Origin: Octopus bimaculoides
Lineage: Eukaryota
Assembly (NCBI RefSeq): GCF_001194135.2
Contig: NC_068986.1
Location: forward strand, 18,093,373-18,127,519
Direction: 5' to 3'
DNA length: 34,147 nucleotides
The notes beneath the pieces are model-generated. The model was not told where the DNA came from. It saw only the letters and a program-made list of their open reading frames with translations, and made no database searches. Position 1 is the stretch's first letter. Each line of letters starts with the position of its first letter. This document shows positions 10,950 through 22,790 of the stretch, in pieces. The position numbers and the translations under genes were made by a program.

Positions 10950-12130
10950 GAATATGGTTTCAGAGGTCCGAATAATCTCTTGCGATACAAGGGATACATT
11001 TTCCTCATAGTAGTTAAATTCTCAAGCGAACTGACTTATCATTAGGTGTCACATGCAGTTCCTGCAACAGCTGCGCATAATTATATATCAGACGGTCTGG
11101 GAAACTTTATGCACTGTGCACAGAGGTCTTATAAGCTGCACCTCACTTCTCACCCCAAGAGACGCGGCACGCACGCGAGGAGCCCTCGAGGTTCCTCATA
11201 CATTCCGACCCCCGCCTTTCCTGAACAGCAGGGCGAAATGCTACTGAAAGATCTAACACATCTCCTCGGGTTTCTTTACCATTCTAATTCTTCGTCTGGG
11301 GTCTAACAAGCTCTTTCTACCATATTTTTCTTAGCCACTAAGTCTTCACTATACCTAACAGACTCACATTTTATGTTTTTTTTAAGGGCATACCCCCATT
11401 TGTTGTTAATAATGGCACCACTCAATGCCCTCATCACTAACTGCCTAATCCGACTCCTGTACTCCTCATGAGCCAAAAGTAACTTGTTGAGTGTCCAGTA
11501 GCCAGATCCCTATGTAAGTAAGTTATCTAAGTCCAGCCTACAAGTCACAAATTTCTGATCATTGTAGCTGACATAAAAAAAAATTGTAGACGACTAACTA
11601 GGTATTTGTCTATTTCCCTAATTAGAATCCTGACTAAATAAAATCTAGTTGACCCATCGCTATTATTCTATGCCCACAATGGAGCATCTGGGACATCTAG
11701 TCTGTACCTATCTTCCAGCTAAAATCGACTGAGCAGATTATTGAAGGACAGGTTTCCTCTCCTATCAGTAGCATTGCAGATCACGCGTGCATCGGAGATT
11801 ACGTTAAAGTTACCTAACATTACTATGGTTTGTGACGCCTCTCCTTTCACCAGGTAGACATGGAGAAATAATTTTCTCGCAGTCGTTTATGAGGGTGGAA
11901 AATCCCTTCGAATATTCAGTTTGGACTCTTTCACAACTACTATATCCATCCTATGCGATCTGAGGTCATTCAGGAAACGACCTTCTTTCCAGGCCGCGTA
12001 AATTTAAACATCCAACATAAAGGGTATCCATAACGTTGTACTCACTGTTGGAGATGGAGTAGCACTACCATCTTATTCCTTTGGTTCTTTGTCCGGCTTG
12101 TGCAGTGACGTTGACTAGGCTCTCAAACAT
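10950..12130 (-). mobile_element. Decayed Tx1/L1-like LINE fragment: ORF2 apurinic-endonuclease domain and linker
   Basis: From the ATG at 12031 the minus strand reads MDTLYVGCLNLRGL, DIVVVKESKL, VMLGNFNV, W..NSDGSTRFYLVRILI, YVSYNDQKFV, GSGYWTLNKLLL and EEMC*IFQ*HFALLF. These match the NxRGL, QETK, GDFN, SDH and YWKLN motifs. Many stops and frameshifts. Confidence 0.75.
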
Positions 12131-12174
12131 TAGTGGGGGAAAATTCTTTGGTCTTTCTCTATATATATGTATAT

Positions 12175-12345
12175 GTATATAGTTGGAATTTACAAAAACA
12201 AACCAACAAAAGAAAAGACGAAGACGGGCGTGTAAACAACAAAGAGATGTATTAGTTAAACGCTTGGGAAGTGATTAAGTATTTTTCGTTTCGAGCCTAC
12301 GCTCTTCATCAGAAAGTAACACAGAAATAAACAGTGAGAGAAAAT
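12175..12345 (-). mobile_element. Short ORF-less repeat carrying a minimal hammerhead motif (Penelope-like-element type)
   Basis: Homologous to 6762-6904. Bounded by (GATA)n on its 5' side and TA-rich sequence on its 3' side. Confidence 0.8.
12279..12320 (-). ncRNA. Minimal type-I hammerhead ribozyme-like motif, probably inactive as written
   Basis: The minus strand reads GTTACTTT-CTGATGA-A-GAGC-GTAG-GCTC-GAAA-CG-AAAAATAC. This gives both core boxes (12312-12306 and 12292-12289), a 4-bp stem II and a partial stem I (TACTTT/AAAATA). The U of the NUH cleavage triplet is missing. Confidence 0.7.
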
Positions 12346-12351
12346 AAAAAT

Positions 12352-12377
12352 AGATAGATAGATAGATAGATAGATAT

Positions 12378-12413
<36 letters not shown>

Positions 12414-12433
12414 GTAGATAGATAGATAGATAC
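12352..12433. repeat. (GATA)n microsatellite
   Basis: Direct reading. Confidence 0.95.
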
Positions 12434-12527
12434 ATGTCATTGAAGTGAGAGAGGGTACTAAGTAATACAAAAATATTGCTAGAATTTAGGTTATATAGAC
12501 ATATATGTGTTTGCGTGTAAATGTGTA

Positions 12528-12610
12528 TAGAGAGAGAGAGAGCGAGAGAGAAATAGAGACGGAGAGAGAGACACAGACAGAGAGAGAAATGTGCAGAGAG
12601 AGTGAGAGAA
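12528..12610. repeat. Imperfect (GA)n tract
   Basis: Direct reading. Confidence 0.85.
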
Positions 12611-13937
12611 GGATGAGAAATCACTGAATGAATATGAAGCATATAAAGTATAAAATTTGCTTTATTTCCGTTTATCATATATTCTCATTTATTTAGAAAA
12701 GAAAAGAAAAGTTTATTTTTTTATTATCTTCACATGGCATTTCTTGCAAATTTTCCTTGTAAATTTATACTTTTTACTAGTATCCATTTCTTCTGTAGAG
12801 CGCATTTGGTTCTTTTCCATTTGGGGCATTTATAAATATTAAAGTGGTGATCCTTAATTTAGGGACAAAATGCTGTCTGGCTTTTCTCCTAACATTTTGC
12901 GCTATGATTTGAAATTCAACGGCCAGCTTTCTCTATCATACTTTCAGATTCGCTAAAAAGAATGACCAATTGTAATCGACTGACACCCACTCGTCAAAAT
13001 TACTGACCATCGTACCAAAGTTTGTGACCAGTCATGCATAAATATATTTCTGCGAACAGTATAACTCTTCTGAGGTTTGCCTTATCCCCCTAAGGGAAGG
13101 AGTGTTCGCATCTCTCTAACTAGTTCAATTTATCTACTTTTAACTCCCAATCACGCGTCATATTCGTTCTACCTTATACAACTTCCGCTTTATGAAGCGA
13201 AATGTTTTTGGTAAGTATTTTTATTCATAGACTTAATAGAATATTTGAAGTACTCATTTAACCAGGACTAGCTCTTGTTCTTCAATTCCTTTTATTCAGC
13301 ACATCTTCAAATTTAACGTAGCGCAAGGAACGCTAAAGTAAAAATGGGTTTGTCAAGAATTACTTTCCTGAATAAACACTCTAATCGTAGTGTCCAACTT
13401 TGGAGATAAGTGGAGTATCTACATTTCACAATCTGGTGTAGTAAAATTTGGCACCACTCATATTTGGGAAGGAATACATTTAACTGTGGAGTATGTGTTA
13501 TGAAAATGCAAATTTCATTACAAAATGCATAATTCATGAACCGTTGTCAAGAATTTATATTTTGCATTTTCATTTCAAATCAACACTTCGGAATTCAATA
13601 TTTTCAACGTCTATGAATCTGTCGCTGTAGCAATTTTCCTCCTATTCTTCATTTTCAAATGCCAGACATAATAATACTTCAGGGTTTCTATCAACATAAT
13701 GCAAATATTAAAAATTGCTTACGCCAAGATTGATTCCTTTTTAGCCAGAATAATAAATGTCATATTGCAACTCTGGTATAAAGTCTTTAGGATACCGCAG
13801 AATGGAGTGCATTTTATATGTAAATGAACGAATATTATATATATCACCATCACACTTGCGATGCTCCCTGTGGATTTGTCTTACCATACTTTGCTCATTT
13901 TTCTATATCATTATGCTCCTCCGTTACTCTATATTTT

Positions 13938-13939
<2 letters not shown>

Positions 13940-13984
<45 letters not shown>
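13940..13984. repeat. (TA)n microsatellite
   Basis: Direct reading. Confidence 0.95.
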
Positions 13985-13991
<7 letters not shown>

Positions 13992-14000
13992 CATATTCAT

Positions 14001-14222
14001 TTATCTTTTTACTTCTTTTTTTCAGTCATTTTACTGTGGCCACACTACAGCGCTGCCTTAAAGAGTTTTGGTCGAAGAAATGCACCACCAGACTTATTCT
14101 TTGTAAGCCTACTAATTATTCTATCGATTTCTTTTGAGCAACCGCTATGTTACGGGGACATAAACACAGGACCATCGGTTATCAACCGTTGTTGAAGGGA
14201 CAAAGACAGACACATGCATAAA
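14001..14222 (+). mobile_element. 5' half of the SINE-like repeat shared with 1905 and 4558
   Basis: ttcagtcatt..actgtggcca...gacttattctttgtaagccta.taattattctatcg...gttacggggacataaacac...gggacaaagacagacac is collinear with 4558-4740. Confidence 0.7.
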
Positions 14223-14315
14223 TACGTATTGTCCCCTGTTTATAAAAAGGTCTTGTTCCTAATAAAAGAAATCAGGACGTTGGTGTTGGCTTGATGCTTT
14301 GCACTTTCTGAGTGC

Positions 14316-14356
14316 TCTTGTTGTTGTTATTATTGTTATTATTATTATTATTATTA

Positions 14357-14394
<38 letters not shown>

Positions 14395-14415
14395 GTTGTT
14401 GTTGTTGTTGTTATT
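14316..14415. repeat. (TTG)n/(TTA)n trinucleotide tract
   Basis: Direct reading; source of the poly-I and poly-L ORFs. Confidence 0.95.
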
Positions 14416-16548
14416 AGTATATTGTTTATTTTTCTTCTTTCGTCAAATTTTCTTCCATTTCTCGCCGAGTGTTTTCCTGTACACCGAGGACAGAGAAACT
14501 CATTGTATGCATTCCCAGTTTACTCACGCAAATTCACTGGTAAAATATGTATTTTAAAAAAATAATAAATAAATACACATAGTTATGAATATACATACAA
14601 ACATTCACATGTATGTATACAAAGAGATAAGGGGGAGAGAGATTGAAATCAAACGAGCAAACATTTTATTTACAAAGGTTCAGCTTTAAAATTTCTTAGT
14701 ACAAATGATTCAATGGTGAAACACCACAATGCAATCCAAGTACGATTTTGTAACATTAGTTTGTGATTGACATCAATTTATCCTGTAAAAGTCCAGAGTT
14801 CGCGCAGAAAAAACTACATTAGTATAGTTTCTCCTCGAACATGTTGTGTCATATAAAAACAAAAAAGCACTCGCCCTGCTTACGAGGCCATCTCATCTTG
14901 AACATTCAGACATATTAGAGATTGCTACGACTATAATACTAAAAACTTTCCTTTAATCACATCCTTATCAAACGGTAGAAACCCATACAAATGTCAAATG
15001 CAAATATCAAATACTGCCAATAATCTAATAACAGATGCCTAGGCAATTTCTCCAAAAACAGTTAATTACATGTTTTAATGTTGATCTCAATCGGAAGGTG
15101 AACGTCGGATTTTCATTTAAGCTTTGGGTCCATAGAAACATCAAACATCTAACTCTTTTTGTTACTCATTTTCGTTGAAAAAAATGGGTCAACTCCCGAC
15201 ATTATGTCTGTCTTATTTGAAACTATAGCGAAACATTTGCTACTCCGGTAGCAATAGGCCATCACGAAACAATCACCCCATAAATAAACTTATTATTTTT
15301 GTGTCGATCCTCATCAAGGCCACGCTAATGGTACAAGACGAAAATTGTAATGACTTGGATATTTTTCACAAGAAAATGTTATATATAATTAATTTCTTAC
15401 GTTTCCAACGTCTGCCCGTATTTTTCTCCACATGAGATGTGATGGTACCTTTCATTGCTTTCTCTAATTGAAGTACAGATTTTTTTTTCTATTCACAGAC
15501 GAAATAGCAAGAAACAATGCTAAATAATATCTTGTTATCGTCTACACACAATTCATAAATCGCTACTGCTTTCTAGATGCGTATCTGTTCGCAAACACCG
15601 AATGTAGGAATTGATATGTAACACTATCTTCAAAGCAGAATATCATAAAATCACGCTCAACATTGATATTAAGAGATCTGCTCACAAACACTGAAACATT
15701 CAACTACAGTAGTAGTTGAATATGATTCTTAATGTCACAATTTACTCATACGCAGCATCTTCAGGTCTTTGTCTCTAATTCATTTCTTAACCGAATTGAA
15801 AACTGTTAATATGCTTGAAAAGGCCTGGTCCTTGGTTACAGTTTGGCATAACAAATGGAGATTTGGTCCTGTAGAAAAAAAGTTTACATGAAAGTTTGTA
15901 GCAACGTAATAATAGTAACGCCACCGATCAAGCTTAGATCTAAATAATTTTTTTTATTTTAAATTCAAATTATGTTTATCTTAGCTTCAATTATAGACGA
16001 AAGCAGGGGGAATGTCATAGTTTTGGTCCCATCCAACAAAATTGTGTATCCAAAAATGTGTACGGTTACAAATCATGAAAAAATATAAAAGTAAGACAAC
16101 AAATTGGATTCAAGTATAATAATGTTCTTTATTTTAAAAACAAATTATATTTTAATTGAGCTTAAAAGATAGAGCTCAATTCGGAGTATTTCATCGTATA
16201 AATCTCACGTAATGAAGTTTAAAAAAAAAAGTTAAGGGCGTTTGTTTCTCAAATTTGAGGGTGATAATATAGTTGTATACTTTTAATGACTATTATTCTA
16301 TAAGGGGACTTTCAAAATATATCATCGGCATCATTGAGAAAAACAAATAATTATCAACAACAACGCTAAGTTGCAATTACTTTAATTACGTCATCTGTAT
16401 TAATTATTGCAATTGTATCATAAAAATGAAAAGAAAATATAGGGAATTTATTAAAATATTATTCAATTTTCAATGAGGTAAAATCTTTAATTATTTACTG
16501 GCACATTATTAATTAGTATAATAGCACAGCCTGAACAAACATGCATTA

Positions 16549-17422
16549 CAAGGAAAAATGCGAGCAAGTGAAATAATATTCGTAAGATTATAAACCTGGA
16601 AAAGTACACGACAAGCTATTACACTTGGAAAAGCTGAGGACAAGTTATTACATGTGGTAAAATACAGATTCAGAATTTTTTTACTTGAAATATTGCAGCT
16701 AAGGATAAAATTTGAATTTTAAAATTAATTTGATTTTGATTTACAAAATAACATTATAATTTTAAAATGTACTATCGTTTCGTTAAAATATTAACTCAAT
16801 TGATTACTTAAAAAATGAGACTAGAAATATTAATATAGCTAAAGTTTTATGTAATGTAGAATAACCTATATGGTAGGTAAATTCATTACGTAAAAACATT
16901 TGGCATTGGATCAAGGCTAAAACAGTGAAGAACTGGCAATTACTTAGGCAATAACTCAAGGAAATTTTACTGTGAATTGGTTGTTCTAGTTAGATTTTAC
17001 TCTAATATATAACTAATTCTTGTATATTCTATTTATTGTACTAATTAATTATGTACTACTATTTCTTTTTATACCTTATTTACAAATTTCTATTTATTAA
17101 TTAATAACTAAAACAAAATCAAGTTTATATTGTAATTGAGTTATTTTGATTTCTAATAGGAGTAACAAGTAATAAAAAAATGGAAGTAATAACTTGTAAT
17201 GACAATTTTTTTTTTGTTTTGATAAAAGCTAATGTGCTCTAAATCTAAATAATTTATTTGAAATTTTATCGTTAGCTGCAATATTTTAAGTAAAAATGTT
17301 CTTGTTCTGCGCTTTACCAGATGTAATAACTTGTCCCAAACTTTTCCACGTGTAATAACTGCTGTACGTTTCCAGGTTTATAATCTGAAGAACATTATTT
17401 CTCTTGCTCGCATTTTTCTATG
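16549..17422. mobile_element. TA-flanked non-autonomous foldback/MITE-like element with ~180-bp terminal inverted repeats
   Basis: 16549-~16725 (caaggaaaaatgcgagcaagtgaaataat...gattataaacctggaaa...gacaagttattacat.tggtaaa...aatattgcagctaa.gataaaattt) matches the reverse complement of ~17250-17422, roughly 80% by eye. TA at 16547-16548 and 17423-17424. The interior is AT-rich with no ORF. Confidence 0.8.
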
Positions 17423-18864
17423 TAATATATTATTGCTAAACAATACAATCTCCAAAGAAGCATATCATGAAATCGCGCTCTGCACTTATAATACGAAATC
17501 CACAGCATTTTATTTTGTTGGATACTTATTCGAGTTTAGGTCACAATTTGCTTTCACAATGATACACATACTCGCATTCTTGAAAATAATATCAATGTAA
17601 TTCTTTGCCGAGACATTGTTTTCATCTTTGACAAACTGAGTTTTGTGTGTTGAGAATTTTATTGAATTTAAATGACTAAGAACTAGAAAATTGTTGTGAA
17701 CATTTAGAAGTAGAAAATTATTACAAACAAACGACGTCGCCACCAAACACACATAAAGCTACAAAATAGGAATATTTTTCTTCACAATGAGGAGAAAACA
17801 ATTAAATGATGGATACGCTATATTTTGTAACGTTAAAAGACCATATACAAAAATTCGTACTTCTGTTTAGTAATTAATTTGTATTTTTTTGCTTAAAATG
17901 GATTCCTATTAAATCCTACTGTTGTGTTAGAGGAAAAAATGCGTATATGTAATTCCCATGATTAAACATTACTAAGTAGTGACTCTGTCGATCAGTAAAT
18001 GAGCATAATGAAATTATCAGTTGTAAAACTAGAGTTTAGGAAATATTTCGCTATTCTTTTCCACATTTCTTTCTGAGTTAAATTGTCATCTACTGAATAA
18101 AATTCTTCGTTTGACAGAGAATATATTAGGAAATGGTGACACTTTTAATGCCAGGCTCTTTTAGCTGAGAGTTGTCAATGACAAATATCATTCACAAATA
18201 GTCACAAATGTACATGGCAAAGGATTAATGATTAGAGTTCTCACTAGCACAACATTTTTGCTCTATATATATTTAAGAGATCAACGGTGTAGAAATATTT
18301 ACGATACGTATCTTTTAGCAAATGTCCTCGGTCTATATGTCATGGTAGAATCAGCCAACACAAGGCAGTCTTGACCTCTCATTGAAAGTAGACGTAGAAG
18401 TTTTCTTATTTCGTTAAATTACTTTAAACAAGAATGTATCATATGTCCATTCATATTGATCGTCCAACCACATTTAAGAAATTTATCGTATTTTCAATTA
18501 TCATTTCAGTTAATTATCATGAGGTTTTAAATTTCAAGAAAAACTCTCATAGAGTATATTTAAGTGATTCTCAGTTTCTTATGCCAAACGTAATAAATTA
18601 TTTTCTATCAATTTTCTGATGCGAGATTCCAGTGGGCAACAAAAAGTCAAATAAACTTACTTTAAGCATATAAGTTTATTTATGCAAATATGTGTTCCAA
18701 CAGAAAGGTTTCAAGGTTATCGTCATTACTGCAACAAATATGCAAAGCTCATTCAATTCAAAACATTATTATATGTAAAGTCCCGCACCATCCCTACATA
18801 AACGGGATGCACACAATGAAATCTATGTGATTATTAATTGTTTGTAAAATACATGTAGAATTGA

Positions 18865-19495
18865 AAGCAGCGAGCTGGCGGAAACATTAACACGCCGGGC
18901 GAAATGTATTGTGGTATTTCGTCTGCCGTTACGTTCTGAGTTCAAATTCTGCCGAAGTCGACTTTGACTTTCATCCTTTCGGGTTCGATAAATTAAGTAC
19001 TAGTTACTCACTGGGGTCAATGTAATCGACTTAATCCCTTTGTCTGTCCTGGTTTGTCCCCTCTATATTTAGCCCCTTGGGGCAACAAAGAAATAAGAAA
19101 CTTTAGCAGGCCTGGAGAAATACATAGTGGTATTTCGTCTGTCGTTACATTCTGATTTCAATTTCCGCGGAGGTCGACGTTACGTTACATCCTTTACGGG
19201 GTCGATAAATTAAGCACCAGTTGCGTACTGGAGTCGACGTAATCGACTGGTCCCCTCCCCTAAAATTTCGGGCTTGTGCCTAGAGTAGAAAAGAAAGGTT
19301 AGCAGGCCGGGCGAAATGCTTAGCGGTATTTTGTCTGTCGTTACATTCTGAATTCAATTTCCGCCGAGGTCCACTTGCCTTTCATCCTTTCGGAGTCGAT
19401 ACATTAAGTACCAATTTCGTACTGGGGTCGATCCAATCGATTGGACCTCCACCTCCCCGAAAATTTTGGGCCTTGTGCCTAGAGTAGAAAAGAAT
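18865..19495 (+). mobile_element. Head-to-tail trimer of tRNA-like SINEs
   Basis: Three collinear units at 18865-19101, 19102-19295 and 19297-19495, each with gg(c)gaaat...ggtattt.gtctg.cgttac.ttctga.ttcaa.tt...catcctttcgg..tcgata.attaag.ac. A B-box-like GTTCAAATTC lies in the first unit. Units 2 and 3 share the tail ttgtgcctagagtagaaaagaa. Confidence 0.9.
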
Positions 19496-19962
19496 ACGCG
19501 TGGAACTGAACATAACTAAATTGCAGAAACAACAGTGAAACTTACTATAGTTATATATATATATATATATGTGTTAAGACAGGGGATACTTGAAAGTGAT
19601 GTCAAATTCACTTCAAGGCATTTTTGATAATATATTTGAGCACTGATGACATGTCTTCCAGTTTTTAACACAATAACAAATTGCAATCAATAAAAATTTC
19701 TGTGCATACATGGCGGTAGAATCACGTGTACGTTTAGTAAGACCACGTGATGCAAGAATATTCAAATAGTAATAACAAAGATCAATGGCAAATATATGAT
19801 AATTCAGCATTGATGTAGAAAGCATTAACAGATAGTTTTAAATTATCTTAATATAACAAGCCATTTTTGAGACGATTTCCGTTATGTTCAAAGAAATCAT
19901 AGAAAGAAAAAGTTATTTATGATTTCAGTTTATTGATTTAATATATCTTATTTTTATTGAAG

Positions 19963-20175
19963 AGGAAGTTCGTGAACTGACAAATACGGTAGCACGTCGA
20001 AAAAATGTTTCGCGGTATTTCTTCTACCTCATTGAGCTACGTGCTGCACTCAAAACACACGGTTATCAACTCTGCCTTTGATCTGTGCCAGTCAGAATAA
20101 AGTACTAATCAAGTACCGGGGGACGATGTGATCGATTAACCCGCTCAAACGCTGACTTTGCGACAAAATATAACA
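19963..20175 (+). mobile_element. Strongly decayed SINE copy of the same family
   Basis: Patchy match to the 18865 unit (gaactgacaaatacggtagcacgtcg..aaatg...cggtatttc; aagtac...gggg.cgatgtgatcgattaaccc). Confidence 0.5.
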
Positions 20176-20269
20176 ATTAATTTTTATTGAATGTATCAAA
20201 ATATTGTATTGAATATCGAATACATATGAAATCGAAGCAATAACTACGAAATTAAAAATAAGTAATATA

Positions 20270-20433
20270 ATGTTCTACTCTAGGTACAAGGCCCGAAACG
20301 TTTGGTGAGTCGGCCAGTGGATTAGATCGAATCCAGCATGCAACTGGTACTTAATTTATCGACCCCGAAAGGATAAAAAGCAAATTTGACCTCGGAGAAA
20401 TTTGAACTCAGTACATAAAGACAGACGAATTAC
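20270..20433 (-). mobile_element. SINE copy on the minus strand
   Basis: The reverse complement matches units 2 and 3 of the trimer (ttctactctaggtacaaggcccgaaa...tggtacttaatttatcgaccccgaaagga...tttgaactcag). Confidence 0.85.
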
Positions 20434-20842
20434 TGGTTCATTTGAACCATTTAGAATTAACATGTAACTAGCCCAATACATATGAGGCACGTCTAAATTC
20501 TAATAAATACCAGGCAGACAAACGGTAAATTCCATGAACATTCATATAGGCTCTGTCCATCTAATTCCATTCAAACGGTTAGAATCAATGCGATCTTCAG
20601 CAACAAGATTTGCCCAATATTAATCGCATAGGTTTTCAACTGGGAACCTCAATGTTTCATTGGGAGACCTTTTACCATTCGTACAATTCTAAATCTGATA
20701 AAAGAAAAATATGATCTAATTATTTATCGACGGTTAAGGAGAATGCAAATATTTCTAAAGCGTAATTGGCATTTTCCGAAATTCTAGCAACAACTTCTAA
20801 AGCACCCGAAATGCAGGTTGAAATAAGACATATCCATTAATG

Positions 20843-21500
20843 TTAGTTTGTTTCCAAAATAATGGCCGTTCTAAGTTTTGTGTTTTGAAACGCAAATTTA
20901 TCGTAGTTTTTTCATTATATTTTAGGTGAATTTCGACATACATAATTGATCTATGCTCTTTAATAATTTTCTACTTATTTCAAATAGAAAACATTATTGA
21001 AGCATATGCGCCCTTAATTATGAATATGACAAAAAAGGCCCTTCGCTTAGTTTTCTTGCATGAGTTCCAGCTTGGGCACAATGCCTCCCAAACTGCTATC
21101 CATATCAGCAGAGCATGGAGAGAGAGGTCCACTAGTGATTGCAGAGAACGAAGGTGGTTTCAGAAATTCCATAGTGGTGATGAGAACCTTGAAGATGAAG
21201 AAAGTAGAGGACGGTCATGCAGTCTTGACAATTAACAATTAAAAGCAATTGTTGAACAATACTCACGTAAAATATTTAGAGACATGTCTCAGGCACTTGG
21301 TGTCGGTATTGCAACGGTCTCGCGCAATCTGCAGATGAGCTCAAGGAAAAGTGGGTCTTTTATGAAAACCGTAAACGATCATGTCATTGGCTTGATCGTG
21401 GTGAGTCACCCAAACATTTCCCAAACACAAAGTTGCATCATCATAAGATTTTGGTGACCGTCTGGTGGTCTGCAACTGGCAATGGTGTATTACATTACAA
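20843..21500 (+). mobile_element. Decayed mariner element: left TIR plus the N-terminal part of the transposase, internally deleted
   Basis: TIR-like TTAGTTTGTTTCCAAAATAATGGCCGTT at 20843 resembles mariner TTAGGTTGGTGCAAAAGTAATTGCGGTT. The ORF from 21020 reads LHEFQLGHNASQTA...RRWFQKFHSGDENLEDEESRGR (mariner HTH region), then EKWVFYEN...W and KILVTVWWS..VLHY. Confidence 0.9.
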
Positions 21501-21927
21501 CTGGCACATCTTCAGCCCTGAAAAATTTCATCAATGACGTCTTTTCTTTCTTGGTGCACACATCCAGTGGAGTGACCACGTTTACCTTCCAACATACGAA
21601 AGAAACCTGTGGCAATGAAAGTCAGATGTAGATTAGAAAACTAGAGTACCACCTTCTAGTACGCCAACGTGAATGCAATATGACCAACCATAAAAGAGTT
21701 TTTGCGAAAGCTCAGTTATTGTTTCACTTGCCTCTCTGAATGCACAATCATTAAATAATTAACACGCATCAAGAGTTTCGCCTATAATATATGATATTTA
21801 TTTATTTCCAAAAGTTTCAAAACAGGAAAAAGAAGCCAGAATCGAAACTATGACGAACTGAAGAATGATCTAGGAAATTTATGGTAATATTCCTGCAAAC
21901 ATGAAGTAAACATACTGCCATTGCAAC

Positions 21928-21928
<1 letters not shown>

Positions 21929-22011
<83 letters not shown>

Positions 22012-22019
22012 TACACATA
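21929..22019. repeat. (CA)n microsatellite
   Basis: Direct reading. Confidence 0.95.
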
Positions 22020-22624
22020 CGTACATATATGCACCCCGTTGTCACTAATCTAGTAAATTAATAACAAGCTACAGTATAATGCATTACTCTACTTTTATTA
22101 CTAAAATTGATTAATATTTATTATGTTTCAAGTAAAGAGTTTTCTGTATTTATTTTCTTTTTCATCAATCAATACATGTAGTAAAACTCTGTACATTCCA
22201 TTAAATTTTAAGAAAACTAAAAAAAAGAAAAGTTAAAGAAATAATATGTCCGACCATATCTCTTTCGAGATGTCAATTATACCGTATATATTATATAAAG
22301 AATGTAGTGTGCAAGGCTATCACTCGTTATATGTGTCTAAGAGGCCGATCAATACTTCGCAGTATCTCTACTGTGCAAAGTGAGAAAAGAATCTTGATGC
22401 TACACAGGCTAAAATAAATATCAAAATGTAATTAAATTACCCGAAAAGACTTGGATTTGAAATATATAAAAATGAGGGGCTTTGAACGGAGAAAGAACTC
22501 AATACATGTGTAGAATCTAATATTAACTGGAAAATTACTGATGTAATGTTACGTGTGTGTAAATGGTGAAAATGATACAGAGTGAAAATAATGCAATATT
22601 GAAGGCAGCAGCTGGTACAAATGT

Positions 22625-22790
22625 TCGGACAGTGGGTAAAGAGCTTAGCATTTCTCTTTACGTTCTGAGTTCAAATAACGCCGATATCGCTTTTGCCTGT
22701 CATTCTTCTGGGGTGGATAAAATGATTACCAGTGCCGGTGACGAATTAGTCGACTTGGTCCCTTCTCCAAAACTACATTGCTTTTGAATA
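22625..22790 (+). mobile_element. Decayed SINE copy
   Basis: tttacgttctgagttcaaat..cgccga..tcgcttttgcct.tcattctt..ggggtggataaaat.a.taccagt matches the trimer core. Confidence 0.65.

Noticed and set aside
14780-15880. Chain of minus-strand acceptor/donor pairs
   Set aside because: Several alternative frames, very short implied introns, early stops and no recognisable protein.
16530-17375. Exon-like segments at 16530-16581 and 17321-17375, and ORF 17331-17600
   Set aside because: They lie largely in the inverted arms of the foldback element.
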